The translations under genes and the position numbers were made by a program. A stretch of 52,192 nt of DNA, taken from Flavobacterium sp. (GTDB lineage: Bacteria; Bacteroidota; Bacteroidia; Flavobacteriales; Flavobacteriaceae). The notes beneath the pieces are model-generated. The model was given only the letters and a program-made list of their open reading frames with translations, made no database searches and was not told where the DNA came from. Each line of letters starts with the position of its first letter. Positions within the stretch are counted from its first letter, which is position 1. The stretch lies in contig JBLIKD010000001.1 of assembly GCA_047636275.1 (NCBI GenBank), forward strand, positions 1-52,192, given 5' to 3'. Below are positions 9,885 through 18,660 of the stretch, piece after piece.

Positions 9885-10523
9885 ATGGCAACATTGCGAT
9901 TAGGAGATATAGCTCCAGATTTTAATGCAGAGACATCAATGGGTACAATAAAATTTCATGAATGGTTAGGCGATTCTTGGGGCGTTTTATTTTCGCATCC
10001 TGCTGATTTTACTCCCGTTTGTACGACGGAGTTAGGTACGGTTGCTAATTATTACCCTGAATTTGTAAAACGCAACACAAAGGTGATTGCATTAAGCGTT
10101 GATGGACTAGAATCTCACATAAAGTGGATAAAAGATATTGAAGAAGTTCAAAATGTTACTTTACAATACCCTATCATAGCAGATGAAAATAAGGAGGTGG
10201 CTAATTTGTATGATATGATTCATCCAAATGCTGATGACACTTTAACGGTTCGTTCCGTTTATATAATTGGAACTGATAAAAAGATAAAATTGATACTTAC
10301 TTATCCAGCATCTACAGGAAGGAACTTTGATGAAATCCTGCGTGTTATTGACAGTTTGCAATTAACGGCAGAGTATAAAGTGGCGACTCCGGCAAACTGG
10401 AAAGATGGTGACGATGTTGTTATTTCTCCTGCTATAAAGGACGAAGATATTCCAGCGAAATTCCCAAAAGGTTTTCAAAGAATAAAAGATTATTTAAGGA
10501 TGACACCACAGCCTAACAAATAG
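9885..10523 (+). CDS. 1-Cys peroxiredoxin (Prx6 family)
   Basis: FSHPADFTPVCTTE, YPASTGRNFDEILR and TPANW. Confidence 0.95.
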   Translation: MATLRLGDIAPDFNAETSMGTIKFHEWLGDSWGVLFSHPADFTPVCTTELGTVANYYPEFVKRNTKVIALSVDGLESHIKWIKDIEEVQNVTLQYPIIADENKEVANLYDMIHPNADDTLTVRSVYIIGTDKKIKLILTYPASTGRNFDEILRVIDSLQLTAEYKVATPANWKDGDDVVISPAIKDEDIPAKFPKGFQRIKDYLRMTPQPNK

Positions 10524-10541
10524 GAATAAATAAGAGTTAAT

Positions 10542-10580
10542 AAAAAGGGAATTCAGCTGCAGTTGGGTTTCCTTTTTTTT
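10542..10580 (+). terminator. Intrinsic terminator after the peroxiredoxin
   Basis: AAAAAGGGAATTCAGCTG..AGTTGGGTTTCCTTTTTTTT stem with G-U pairs and a T-run. Confidence 0.7.
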
Positions 10581-10627
10581 ATGGTTTTTTTAGCAGTAGA
10601 AGGATTTGTTTTTATAACTATTTTTGT

Positions 10628-10697
10628 TCTGTTGTTCGTTACGATGCTCTCGCTTTTGCTTCGCAATGGCTCAAGATTTTGATTCCCATCAGGGCTA
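10628..10697. repeat. Degenerate second copy of the REP-like element, in the opposite orientation to 1855-1948
   Basis: Its end GATTTTGATTCCCATCAGGGCTA resembles GATTTTCGCTTCTATCTGGGCTA from the reverse complement of copy 1; the central stem is eroded. Confidence 0.45.
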
Positions 10698-10949
10698 TGA
10701 ATGACTTTTTTGTTTCTATAATACTGTTACAATTTTGTAAAGAATTAGTTCTATATATGGTAATAGGAATAATCCAAACAATAATATTTGTTAGCTGTAA
10801 TATATAAAATCAGAAGCGACGACGAAAAAAGAAGAAGAGAATCCGAAGCAAGAAAACGGCAAAAAACACTTTAGACGTCACGAAGAAGGGAAAAGACGTC
10901 AACACCACGAAAACGGTAGAATTAAAGGCGGAACTAGTTCAGGAGATAG

Positions 10950-10975
10950 AACCAAAAGATAAAACCAAAAGATAA
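10950..10975. repeat. 13-bp perfect tandem duplication
   Basis: AACCAAAAGATAA twice. Confidence 0.85.
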
Positions 10976-10980
10976 AAGTT

Positions 10981-11114
10981 ACTACTGTTAATAGCTATTG
11001 TGAGTCAGCTTGAATCTAGTGGAATTATTCTCTTGCATTAAGTTTTCGTTAAAGTGACAACTGAAAGGGTACTAATTTTCAGCCATCTCAAAGTGGTAAA
11101 ACGTTGGTGGTAAT
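10981..11114 (+). repeat. Putative attC-like cassette spacer (degenerate)
   Basis: Opens ACTACTGTTAATAGC just after a stop codon and closes AAAACGTTGGTGGTAAT just before the next ORF; the ends are imperfectly complementary. Confidence 0.35.
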
Positions 11115-11139
11115 TGTAAAAAATCACAGAGAACAAATA

Positions 11140-11748
11140 AATAAAAGAAAAGAATTAAAATTCGTATGACGATTATTTTTGCTTTTTGAGACTGTTTGCA
11201 TACGGACAAAGCATGCTAAATTTAAAAGAGCTTGGAATCAACGAAACAGTCCCGATCGAACAAGCAGTAATTGATAGAAATTTTATCCAAAGACTTGGTT
11301 TTAGTAGTGGTGGATTTCCACAAGACATAAAAATAATTAATATAGAAAGAGCAATGAGCTTTATACTTTTAGAGTTAAACCGACCTTCAAATCTGCAAAA
11401 GAGAATACTTTTTACTACATTTTAAAACTAGGGACATATGCTATTAGTAATTATATTTAGACACACAGTAAGTGGCATGGAGCCAAAATGTTTACAGAAC
11501 CAGTTTTAAAAAATATTGATATTACTGACGAGATTTAAAATAAAATAAACTCGGGAAAACTTAAAGAAATTGATTTAGTTCCATCTACTTTTACTGTAAC
11601 TGAAAGCACTTTGAACTATTTAGGTACTTGGCATTTTGAAATAGGACTTGTAAAATTCACAAATGACAAACAATTATTTGACATAAAAATTATTGACAAG
11701 TGCAAAAAAAACTGATTTAATAAAAGCTAAAATAGTTTTGCCACCTTA
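11140..11748 (+). pseudogene. Decayed gene for a possibly exported hypothetical protein (~200 aa)
   Basis: The 11186..11425 ORF continues after a frameshift as KPTFKSAKENTFYYILKLGTYAISNYI*THSKWHGAKMFTEPVLKNIDITDEI*NKINSGKL...LNYLGTWHFE, then after another shift ...KIVLPP*. The start boundary is approximate. Confidence 0.6.
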
Positions 11749-11940
11749 ATAAGAGTAACAATGAAGCGTCAATATGGGTTTTACAAAAAGGTGACTTTCT
11801 TGCTAGGCTAAGCTTTCGTACTTTCTAAATCTCAGCTTCATAAAGTCCAAAACCTTTAGTGGCTCTGCGAAAGGCGATACGGAAACTAAACAACTAATGC
11901 ACAATAGGAATCAATTATATCATAGTAAAAAGAATAATTT

Positions 11941-12111
11941 ATGTCAAGAGTTGGAATGGTAATAGGTTTAGTAATCACTTTTATAGTGTGGATTTTATAT
12001 AGACTCTTAATTAAAAAAGATTTAAATAAAAACTTAAATAGTATGTATCTTGGACTATTTTTTATAGGAATATGGGTATTGTTTTATTTTTTTATTGTTC
12101 ATTTTTTTTAA
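11941..12111 (+). CDS. 56-aa two-TM membrane protein, below the ORF-track cutoff
   Basis: MSRVGMVIGLVITFIVWILYRLLIKKDLNKNLNSMYLGLFFIGIWVLFYFFIVHFF*, with an A-rich leader. Confidence 0.6.
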   Translation: MSRVGMVIGLVITFIVWILYRLLIKKDLNKNLNSMYLGLFFIGIWVLFYFFIVHFF

Positions 12112-12395
12112 AATTAGCTCTACTACGTTTTCTGATTTTGTAATACAAACAGAGCAAAAATACTGATCGTTCAGACATGCTTAGACGTTGAATCAAAATT
12201 ACATTCTGTGTACACAAGTAGCATAGACAATCAAAATCTAGAAAGTAAAAAGTTCAAAAACGGCTGCTTAACTCTTGTTGCTTCTGTTTATCCTTTGCTA
12301 TTAGCCTGCGACTGGTTCCCACTCAGAGAAGTGGAAAAATCGTAGCGTTTGCAACGCGGCTAAAAGAAACAAACTGTTTTGCTTACATCTAAAAC

Positions 12396-13280
12396 TTATG
12401 CTTTTTTATTGGTCAGCAATAAACCAGTGACAATAATACCCATGCTGATGATTTGAGTCAAAACAATAGCTTGGTTTAAAAAAAAGTAGGCTAACATTCC
12501 ACTAAAAACTGGGATTAAATAGTAGATCAATGCTGTTTTATTGGTTCCTATTAAATCAATTGCTTCATTCCATAAGTAGTAGGAAATTAGGGAAGCGAAG
12601 ACACCAACATAAGCCGTAGCAAGGAGTGTAGTAGAGTCAAAAATAACGCGTTGATAAGAGAGGTGTTCCCAAAGATAGACAGGAAGGAGGAAAAGAACGC
12701 CCAGAACAAATATACTAAATAGAAAGACTTTGGGAGGTAGCTCCTTTGGTTTTAGTCGAACTAAAATGGTATAACTTGCGAAGAAAAAACTAGCAATTAG
12801 CATCAATAAATCACCGCTTGTAAAACGTATTTGAAGTAAAGATTGCAAAGATCCTTTAGTGATTAGTATCAAAATTCCCAATATGATTGTTGCTATACCA
12901 ATCATTTTTGTAGCGCTTACTTTTTCCTTAAAAGCAATACGGGATAGCACCATAATAAACAAAGGAATTGAAATTGCGATTAAAGAGAGGTTAACTGCGG
13001 ACGTCGTTTGACCGGCGAAATAAATCAACGTTGCAAATATCGTTATTCCAAGTACTGCCGTGACGGTAAGGAAGCGTATATTTAGCTTTATTATACTACG
13101 ATGCTTAAAAGTGCTCTTAATGGCAAAAGGGGCTAAAACAACACTGGCTATCGTCCATCTCCAAAAAGCCATTCCTATAGGTGGGATATGGCCTTTTATT
13201 CCGCTAGCAATCACAAAATTCACCGACCAAAGTAAGGTAGCGCACAATGCGAATAGAATACCTTTTATCTGGTTATTCAT
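12396..13280 (-). CDS. DMT/EamA family transporter
   Basis: Ten TM segments in two EamA repeats (LLWSVNF...PPIGMAFWRW; GDLLML...SYYLWN). Confidence 0.92.
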   Translation of the reverse strand: MNNQIKGILFALCATLLWSVNFVIASGIKGHIPPIGMAFWRWTIASVVLAPFAIKSTFKHRSIIKLNIRFLTVTAVLGITIFATLIYFAGQTTSAVNLSLIAISIPLFIMVLSRIAFKEKVSATKMIGIATIILGILILITKGSLQSLLQIRFTSGDLLMLIASFFFASYTILVRLKPKELPPKVFLFSIFVLGVLFLLPVYLWEHLSYQRVIFDSTTLLATAYVGVFASLISYYLWNEAIDLIGTNKTALIYYLIPVFSGMLAYFFLNQAIVLTQIISMGIIVTGLLLTNKKA

Positions 13281-13305
13281 TTTTTTAAATTCTAAAGGGA
13301 TAGTT

Positions 13306-13887
13306 TTAAATGAGTTTATTTATTTTTGCGTGCTGCAGCAAAATAATTGTTTTGGCATCTCTAATTTGGCCCGATGCAATCATAGCGTAAGCTTCGTCGT
13401 AGGTTAGTTCCATAACTTCTATATTTTCTTGTTCATGTGCGACACCGCCACCATCGCTTACCTTCATAGATTTATCATATTCCCCTATGAACAAATATAA
13501 AATTTCGGTTACCGCACCCGGAGACATGTAGGTTTCCATTACTTTAGCCACGTTTGTAACGCGATATCCGGTTTCTTCTTCCGTCTCTCTAATGATGCAT
13601 TGTTCTGGATTATCTTGATCTAAAAGGCCAGCACACACCTCGACCATCATCCCTGATTCATTCCCGTTGAGGTACGTTGGTAAACGAAACTGACGGGTCA
13701 GAATAACTGTTTTTTGTTCCAAATTATAAAGTAAAATGGCTGCTCCATTACCGCGATCGTACACTTCTCTTTTTTGGGTAATCCAAGAACCGTCATTTTT
13801 TTGGTACTCGAAAGTTACTTTGTTGAGGGTATAATGATTGTCAGATAGTAGAGCGGTTTGTTTTATTTTTATTTGTGGATCTTTCAT
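13306..13887 (-). CDS. nudK: GDP-mannose pyrophosphatase NudK (Nudix hydrolase)
   Basis: REVYDRGNGA, RQFRLP, Nudix box AGLLDQDNPEQCIIRETEEETG, YMSPG and DAKT. Confidence 0.9.
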   Translation of the reverse strand: MKDPQIKIKQTALLSDNHYTLNKVTFEYQKNDGSWITQKREVYDRGNGAAILLYNLEQKTVILTRQFRLPTYLNGNESGMMVEVCAGLLDQDNPEQCIIRETEEETGYRVTNVAKVMETYMSPGAVTEILYLFIGEYDKSMKVSDGGGVAHEQENIEVMELTYDEAYAMIASGQIRDAKTIILLQHAKINKLI

Positions 13888-13930
13888 TTAAGTATTTTTG
13901 TAGGGTAGCAAAAGGTTTATTACTGTAATT

Positions 13931-13961
13931 AAAAAACGCTCTGAAATTTCAGAGCGTTTTT
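13931..13961 (-). terminator. Intrinsic terminator after purA
   Basis: Perfect palindrome AAAAACGCTCTGAA-A/T-TTCAGAGCGTTTTT. Confidence 0.85.
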
Positions 13962-13965
13962 AATC

Positions 13966-15237
13966 TTATTTAAGGATAGTTTGTTTTCTGTCTGGTCCCA
14001 CAGAAACAATTTTAATGGGAACTTCTACTTCTTTTTCAATAAACTCAATATATTCTTTTAATTCGATAGGTAATTCTTCAAATGTAGTCATACCAGTCAA
14101 ATCTGCTTTCCACCCTTTAAAGTTTTTGTAAACTGGAGTAACGTTTTCCGGTTCAATGTTATAAGGGAAGTGTGCTATTTTCTCTCCTTTGTAATTGTAA
14201 TCTGTACAAATTTTCAAAGTTTCGAACCCTGAGAGGACATCACCTTTCATCATCATCAATTGCGTAACGCCGTTCACTTGAATAGCATATTTAAGTGCCA
14301 CTAGGTCTAACCAACCACAACGTCTTTGTCTTCCCGTAACAGATCCGAATTCATTTCCTACACGAGCCATTGTAGAACCGTCTTCGTCAAAAAGTTCTGT
14401 TGGGAATGGACCACTACCTACTCGAGTTACATAGGCTTTAAAAATACCATATACTTCTTCAATCCTGTTAGGAGCAATTCCTAAACCGGTACAAGCACCC
14501 GCAGCTGTTGTATTAGATGATGTTACAAATGGATATGTTCCAAAATCTACATCCAATAAAGAACCTTGAGCACCTTCACATAATATTGACTTACCCGCTT
14601 TTTGAGCTTGGTGTAGATACTCTTCACTGTCAATAAAATCTAATTTTTTTAATTCTTCGATAGATTCAAAAAATTCTTTCTCTAACTCTTCTAAGTCATA
14701 TTGAATATTTACATCATAAAAGGAAATCATTGCCTCATGCTTGTCAGCAAGTGCTCTATATCTTTCTTTGAAATCTTCCAGTTCTATATCACCAACACGA
14801 ATTCCATTTCTACCCGTTTTATCCATGTAAGTTGGCCCGATACCTTTCAATGTAGAACCAATCTTTGCTTTACCTTTTGATGCTTCAGATGCAGCGTCTA
14901 ATAAACGATGCGTTGGTAAAATTAAATGTGCTTTTCTAGAAATGATTAATTTGCTCTTGATATCTAAATTAAATTTCTCAAGACCTTCAATTTCTTTATT
15001 AAAAACAACAGGATCTATAACGACCCCATTTCCAATAACATTTACAGCTGTTTTATGAAAAATTCCAGAAGGAATTGTTCTAAGGACATGTTTTATTCCG
15101 TCAAATTCTAAGGTATGTCCTGCATTTGGACCTCCTTGAAAACGAGCAATAATATCGTATTTTGAAGTAAGTACATCAACAATTTTTCCTTTTCCTTCAT
15201 CTCCCCATTGTAATCCTAGTAATAAATCTACGGCCAT
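13966..15237 (-). CDS. purA: Adenylosuccinate synthetase
   Basis: QWGDEGKGK, GGPNAGHT, EGAQG and TGRQRRCGW. Confidence 0.98.
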   Translation of the reverse strand: MAVDLLLGLQWGDEGKGKIVDVLTSKYDIIARFQGGPNAGHTLEFDGIKHVLRTIPSGIFHKTAVNVIGNGVVIDPVVFNKEIEGLEKFNLDIKSKLIISRKAHLILPTHRLLDAASEASKGKAKIGSTLKGIGPTYMDKTGRNGIRVGDIELEDFKERYRALADKHEAMISFYDVNIQYDLEELEKEFFESIEELKKLDFIDSEEYLHQAQKAGKSILCEGAQGSLLDVDFGTYPFVTSSNTTAAGACTGLGIAPNRIEEVYGIFKAYVTRVGSGPFPTELFDEDGSTMARVGNEFGSVTGRQRRCGWLDLVALKYAIQVNGVTQLMMMKGDVLSGFETLKICTDYNYKGEKIAHFPYNIEPENVTPVYKNFKGWKADLTGMTTFEELPIELKEYIEFIEKEVEVPIKIVSVGPDRKQTILK

Positions 15238-15300
15238 TCTATTTATTGTTTGCAGTTAATTATTTAATGATTAAACCTCCCGAAAGTGGTTTTTACTTTT

Positions 15301-15774
15301 TTAAATTTCAGTATCTGATATTGGTTTTTTCTTGACTCCGTATAGGTATAGGGAGTGATTGGTAATATCAATATCAAATATTTCTTCTATGGTCTGTTTG
15401 ATACTTTGTATTCTCGGATCACAAAATTCAATTACTTCTCCAGTATCTGTCATAATAATATGATCATGCTGTTTGTCGAAGTATGACTTTTCGTAATGTG
15501 CCTGGTTTTGGCCAAATTGATGCTTTCGGACTAAAGCACAGTCTAATAACAACTCTATTGTGTTGTATAGTGTGGCCCTACTGACACGGTAGTTTTTATT
15601 TTTCATTTTGATATAAAGGTTCTCTATATCAAAATGCTCTTCACTTTCATAAATTTCTTGTAGGATAGAGTAGCGTTCTGGAGTTTTTCTATGCCCTTTT
15701 TTTTCAAGATACATTGTAAAAACATTTTTTACAATTTCTTGGTTTTTGTCGTTATCTGTGGAAATGAGTGTCAT
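15301..15774 (-). CDS. fur: Fur family transcriptional regulator
   Basis: [17 protein letters not shown] and HDHII..GEVIEF. The start at 15774 was chosen because TATCTTTG lies at 15781-15788. Confidence 0.9.
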   Translation of the reverse strand: MTLISTDNDKNQEIVKNVFTMYLEKKGHRKTPERYSILQEIYESEEHFDIENLYIKMKNKNYRVSRATLYNTIELLLDCALVRKHQFGQNQAHYEKSYFDKQHDHIIMTDTGEVIEFCDPRIQSIKQTIEEIFDIDITNHSLYLYGVKKKPISDTEI

Positions 15775-15925
15775 ATCTGGCAAAGATAAATTATTTATTT
15801 TAATAGTTTTCAAGTTTAGGGACTTATAAGAGCATAATTTGTGATTTTTGAAACATAAAGCACTTAATTAACACAATCCTCAACCAGTAATAAATAGCGA
15901 TAATTAGGCGTTATTTCTAATACTA

Positions 15926-18145
15926 CTATTTCTTATAAACTCTTGTTACCTTATCGATTCCATCGATTTTTTTAATATTATCGATTAGTTTATTCAGCAA
16001 ATTACTGTTCTGTACCACCACTATCAATTGCCCTTTGAAGAGCCCTGCATCTCCATTTAGTGATATACTCTGAATATTGACTTGCATATTATTCGAAATT
16101 ACTTTCGTGAGCTCATTTGTAAGACCAAAAGTATCCATTCCCGTTATATTTATGATTGCCTTAAATTCTTGTTGTGATGAATCAATCCATTTGGCTTGCA
16201 TGATACGATACGCGTAGTTAGACTGCATGGCAATGGCATTTGGGCAATCTTTTTTATGGACTTTTATACCTTCATTTATGGTGACAAATCCAAAGACGGA
16301 GTCGCCAGGAATTGGATTGCAACAAGCAGAAAGCTTGTAGTCTAATTTATCTTGTTCTTTACCAAACACAAGCATATCGTAATTACTACTCAGTACTTGT
16401 TTGTGGACGTCTGCATCAGCGGTTGGTCCGGAACGTTTTATTTTGCTTTTAAAGAAATTAATTAAAGTGTTGCTTTTTTGGGCGGCGTAGTCTTTTAATT
16501 GCTGATTGTCTATTGATCCTACGCCAACTCTATAAAACAGATCTAAGCTAGTTTTTAACTTAAAAAAATTGACTAATTCATTAATGACGTTCTCACTTAA
16601 AGTTATTTTTAGATGCCTTAATTTACGAATTAGTATCTCTTTTCCGTCTTCAGCAATTTTTTTAGTATTTTCATTTAATACGTTTCGGATTTTATTTTTT
16701 GCTCTGGATGTGGTAACGTAATCAAGCCAGTTAATGGTAGGTTTTTGATTTTGAGAAGTGATGATTTCTACTTGGTCACCATTCTTTAGTTCATAATTTA
16801 GAGGAACTAATTTCCCGTTAACACGCGTTCCACGTGTCTTAATACCTATTTCTGAATGTATGTTAAAGGCGAAATCCAGTGAAGTTGCTCCTTTTGGCAA
16901 CGATTTGATATCTCCTTTTGGCGTAAAAACATATATTTCCTTAGAGTAAAGATTCATTTTAAATTCTTCAACAAAATCTACAGCACTCGTTTGCGAATTT
17001 TCGAGTGCTTCTTTTAGTAAGTTCAACCAAACATCTAATCCCCCTTCTTGTGAGGTGCCATTCTTATATTTATAATGAGCTGCATATCCTTTCTCTGCAA
17101 TCTCATCCATACGTTCACTGCGAACTTGTATTTCTACCCAGCGCCCTTTTGGCCCCATTACAGTAATATGTAATGCTTCATATCCAGTAGACTTGGGGGA
17201 GGATATCCAGTCGCGCAAACGACTTGGACTTGGACGATAGTGGTCGGTTACAATGGAATAGATTTTCCAAGCTAGAAATTTTTCATCGTGGGGATTCGCT
17301 TTGTAAACGATACGAAGCGCAAATTTGTCATAGACTTCATCAAAACTTACATTTTGAGTCAGCATTTTTCTTCTGATGGAATAAATCGATTTTGGGCGTC
17401 CTTTAATAACGTAGTCTACTCCTTCAGCATCTAAAGAGGCTTTAATCACATCAGAGATGTCTTTTATATAGGCATCCTGTTGGTCTTTGGTCTCTTTTAT
17501 TTTACTTACTATATCATCATAAATAGCTGGCTCAGTATATTTCAATCCTAAATCTTCCAGTTGTGTTTTAATGTTGTATAATCCTAGACGATGTGCTAGA
17601 GGAGCGTAAATATATAATGTTTCTGAAGCAATTTTAATTTGCTTGTAATTTTCCATTGACTCCATAGTTTGCATATTATGCAACCTATCTGCTATTTTAA
17701 TAAGGATAACACGCACATCGTCATTAAGTGTCAACAGCATTTTGCGAAAGTTTTCCGCTTGCATCGATACATTCATGTCTTTTTGTACTAATGAAATCTT
17801 AGTTAACCCTTCTACAAGTTGCGCTACTTTGGGATTAAAAATTCGTTCAATATCTTTAACGGTCGTAGGGGTGTCTTCCACGACATCATGTAATAATGCT
17901 GCAGCAATCGAAGTCGCACCCAATCCTATTTCTGAGGCGACTATTTTTGCCACAGCAATAGGATGGAAGATATAGGCTTCCCCTGATTTTCTTCGTTGTT
18001 CTTTATGGGCCTCTACAGAAACATCAAAAGCCTTGCGGACCAATTTCTTGTCTTCTGTAGACAACGTTTGATAACTGATACGAAGTAGTTCTTTGTATTC
18101 TTGAGCAATTGCCTTGTTCTCTTTTTCTATATCTATTTCTGTCAT
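15926..18145 (-). CDS. rel: Long RelA/SpoT homologue, bifunctional (p)ppGpp synthetase/hydrolase
   Basis: Intact HDxxED hydrolase motif, GRPKSIYSI, EIQVR, TGS domain (FTPKG), CCNPIPGD and ACT domain. An alternative ATG lies at 18160. Confidence 0.96.
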   Translation of the reverse strand: MTEIDIEKENKAIAQEYKELLRISYQTLSTEDKKLVRKAFDVSVEAHKEQRRKSGEAYIFHPIAVAKIVASEIGLGATSIAAALLHDVVEDTPTTVKDIERIFNPKVAQLVEGLTKISLVQKDMNVSMQAENFRKMLLTLNDDVRVILIKIADRLHNMQTMESMENYKQIKIASETLYIYAPLAHRLGLYNIKTQLEDLGLKYTEPAIYDDIVSKIKETKDQQDAYIKDISDVIKASLDAEGVDYVIKGRPKSIYSIRRKMLTQNVSFDEVYDKFALRIVYKANPHDEKFLAWKIYSIVTDHYRPSPSRLRDWISSPKSTGYEALHITVMGPKGRWVEIQVRSERMDEIAEKGYAAHYKYKNGTSQEGGLDVWLNLLKEALENSQTSAVDFVEEFKMNLYSKEIYVFTPKGDIKSLPKGATSLDFAFNIHSEIGIKTRGTRVNGKLVPLNYELKNGDQVEIITSQNQKPTINWLDYVTTSRAKNKIRNVLNENTKKIAEDGKEILIRKLRHLKITLSENVINELVNFFKLKTSLDLFYRVGVGSIDNQQLKDYAAQKSNTLINFFKSKIKRSGPTADADVHKQVLSSNYDMLVFGKEQDKLDYKLSACCNPIPGDSVFGFVTINEGIKVHKKDCPNAIAMQSNYAYRIMQAKWIDSSQQEFKAIINITGMDTFGLTNELTKVISNNMQVNIQSISLNGDAGLFKGQLIVVVQNSNLLNKLIDNIKKIDGIDKVTRVYKK

Positions 18146-18235
18146 AACGGCATGGTTCATAATTGAAAAATAACTCTAAGATCTGAATTATACAAGTAGA
18201 TTCTCATATTGAAAAGTAATCTATTTTGAATTTAA

Positions 18236-18631
18236 TTACGTGATATCATCGAGAATTTTTGTGGGTTTTTTATTTTCGTCTAAAGCCACAAAAGTAAAGC
18301 TTCCAGAAATCGCTTTTTCTCTGTGGTCGCTGTACATCTGTTCAATATAAATTTCAACTTTGACGTCTAAGCTGGTATTCCCAATGCGAGTTATTGTGCC
18401 TACAAGTTCGATAATAGTTCCAGCTGGGATGGGCTTGGTAAAATCAATTTTGTCAGAAGAAACAGTTACGCATCTTTTTCTAGTAAATCGAGTGGCAGTA
18501 ATAAAAGCTACTTCGTCCATCATAAAAAGAGCTGTTCCTCCAAATAAAGTATCGTAGTGATTTGTAGTATTTGGAAAAACAGTTTTGAAAATTCGAGTTT
18601 CAGCCTGATTAATTTGTTCTTGTAAATTCAT
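18236..18631 (-). CDS. Acyl-CoA thioesterase (hotdog fold, YciA-like)
   Basis: NHYDTLFGG..MDE, VTVS..IDF..PI and TFVALD. Confidence 0.92.
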   Translation of the reverse strand: MNLQEQINQAETRIFKTVFPNTTNHYDTLFGGTALFMMDEVAFITATRFTRKRCVTVSSDKIDFTKPIPAGTIIELVGTITRIGNTSLDVKVEIYIEQMYSDHREKAISGSFTFVALDENKKPTKILDDIT

Positions 18632-18660
18632 TTAGTGGGTATTGAGAAAGAATGAAGTTG

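Noticed and set aside
10700-12390. CRISPR array, IS or prophage in the accessory interval
   Set aside because: No regularly spaced identical repeats, and no cas, transposase or phage genes.
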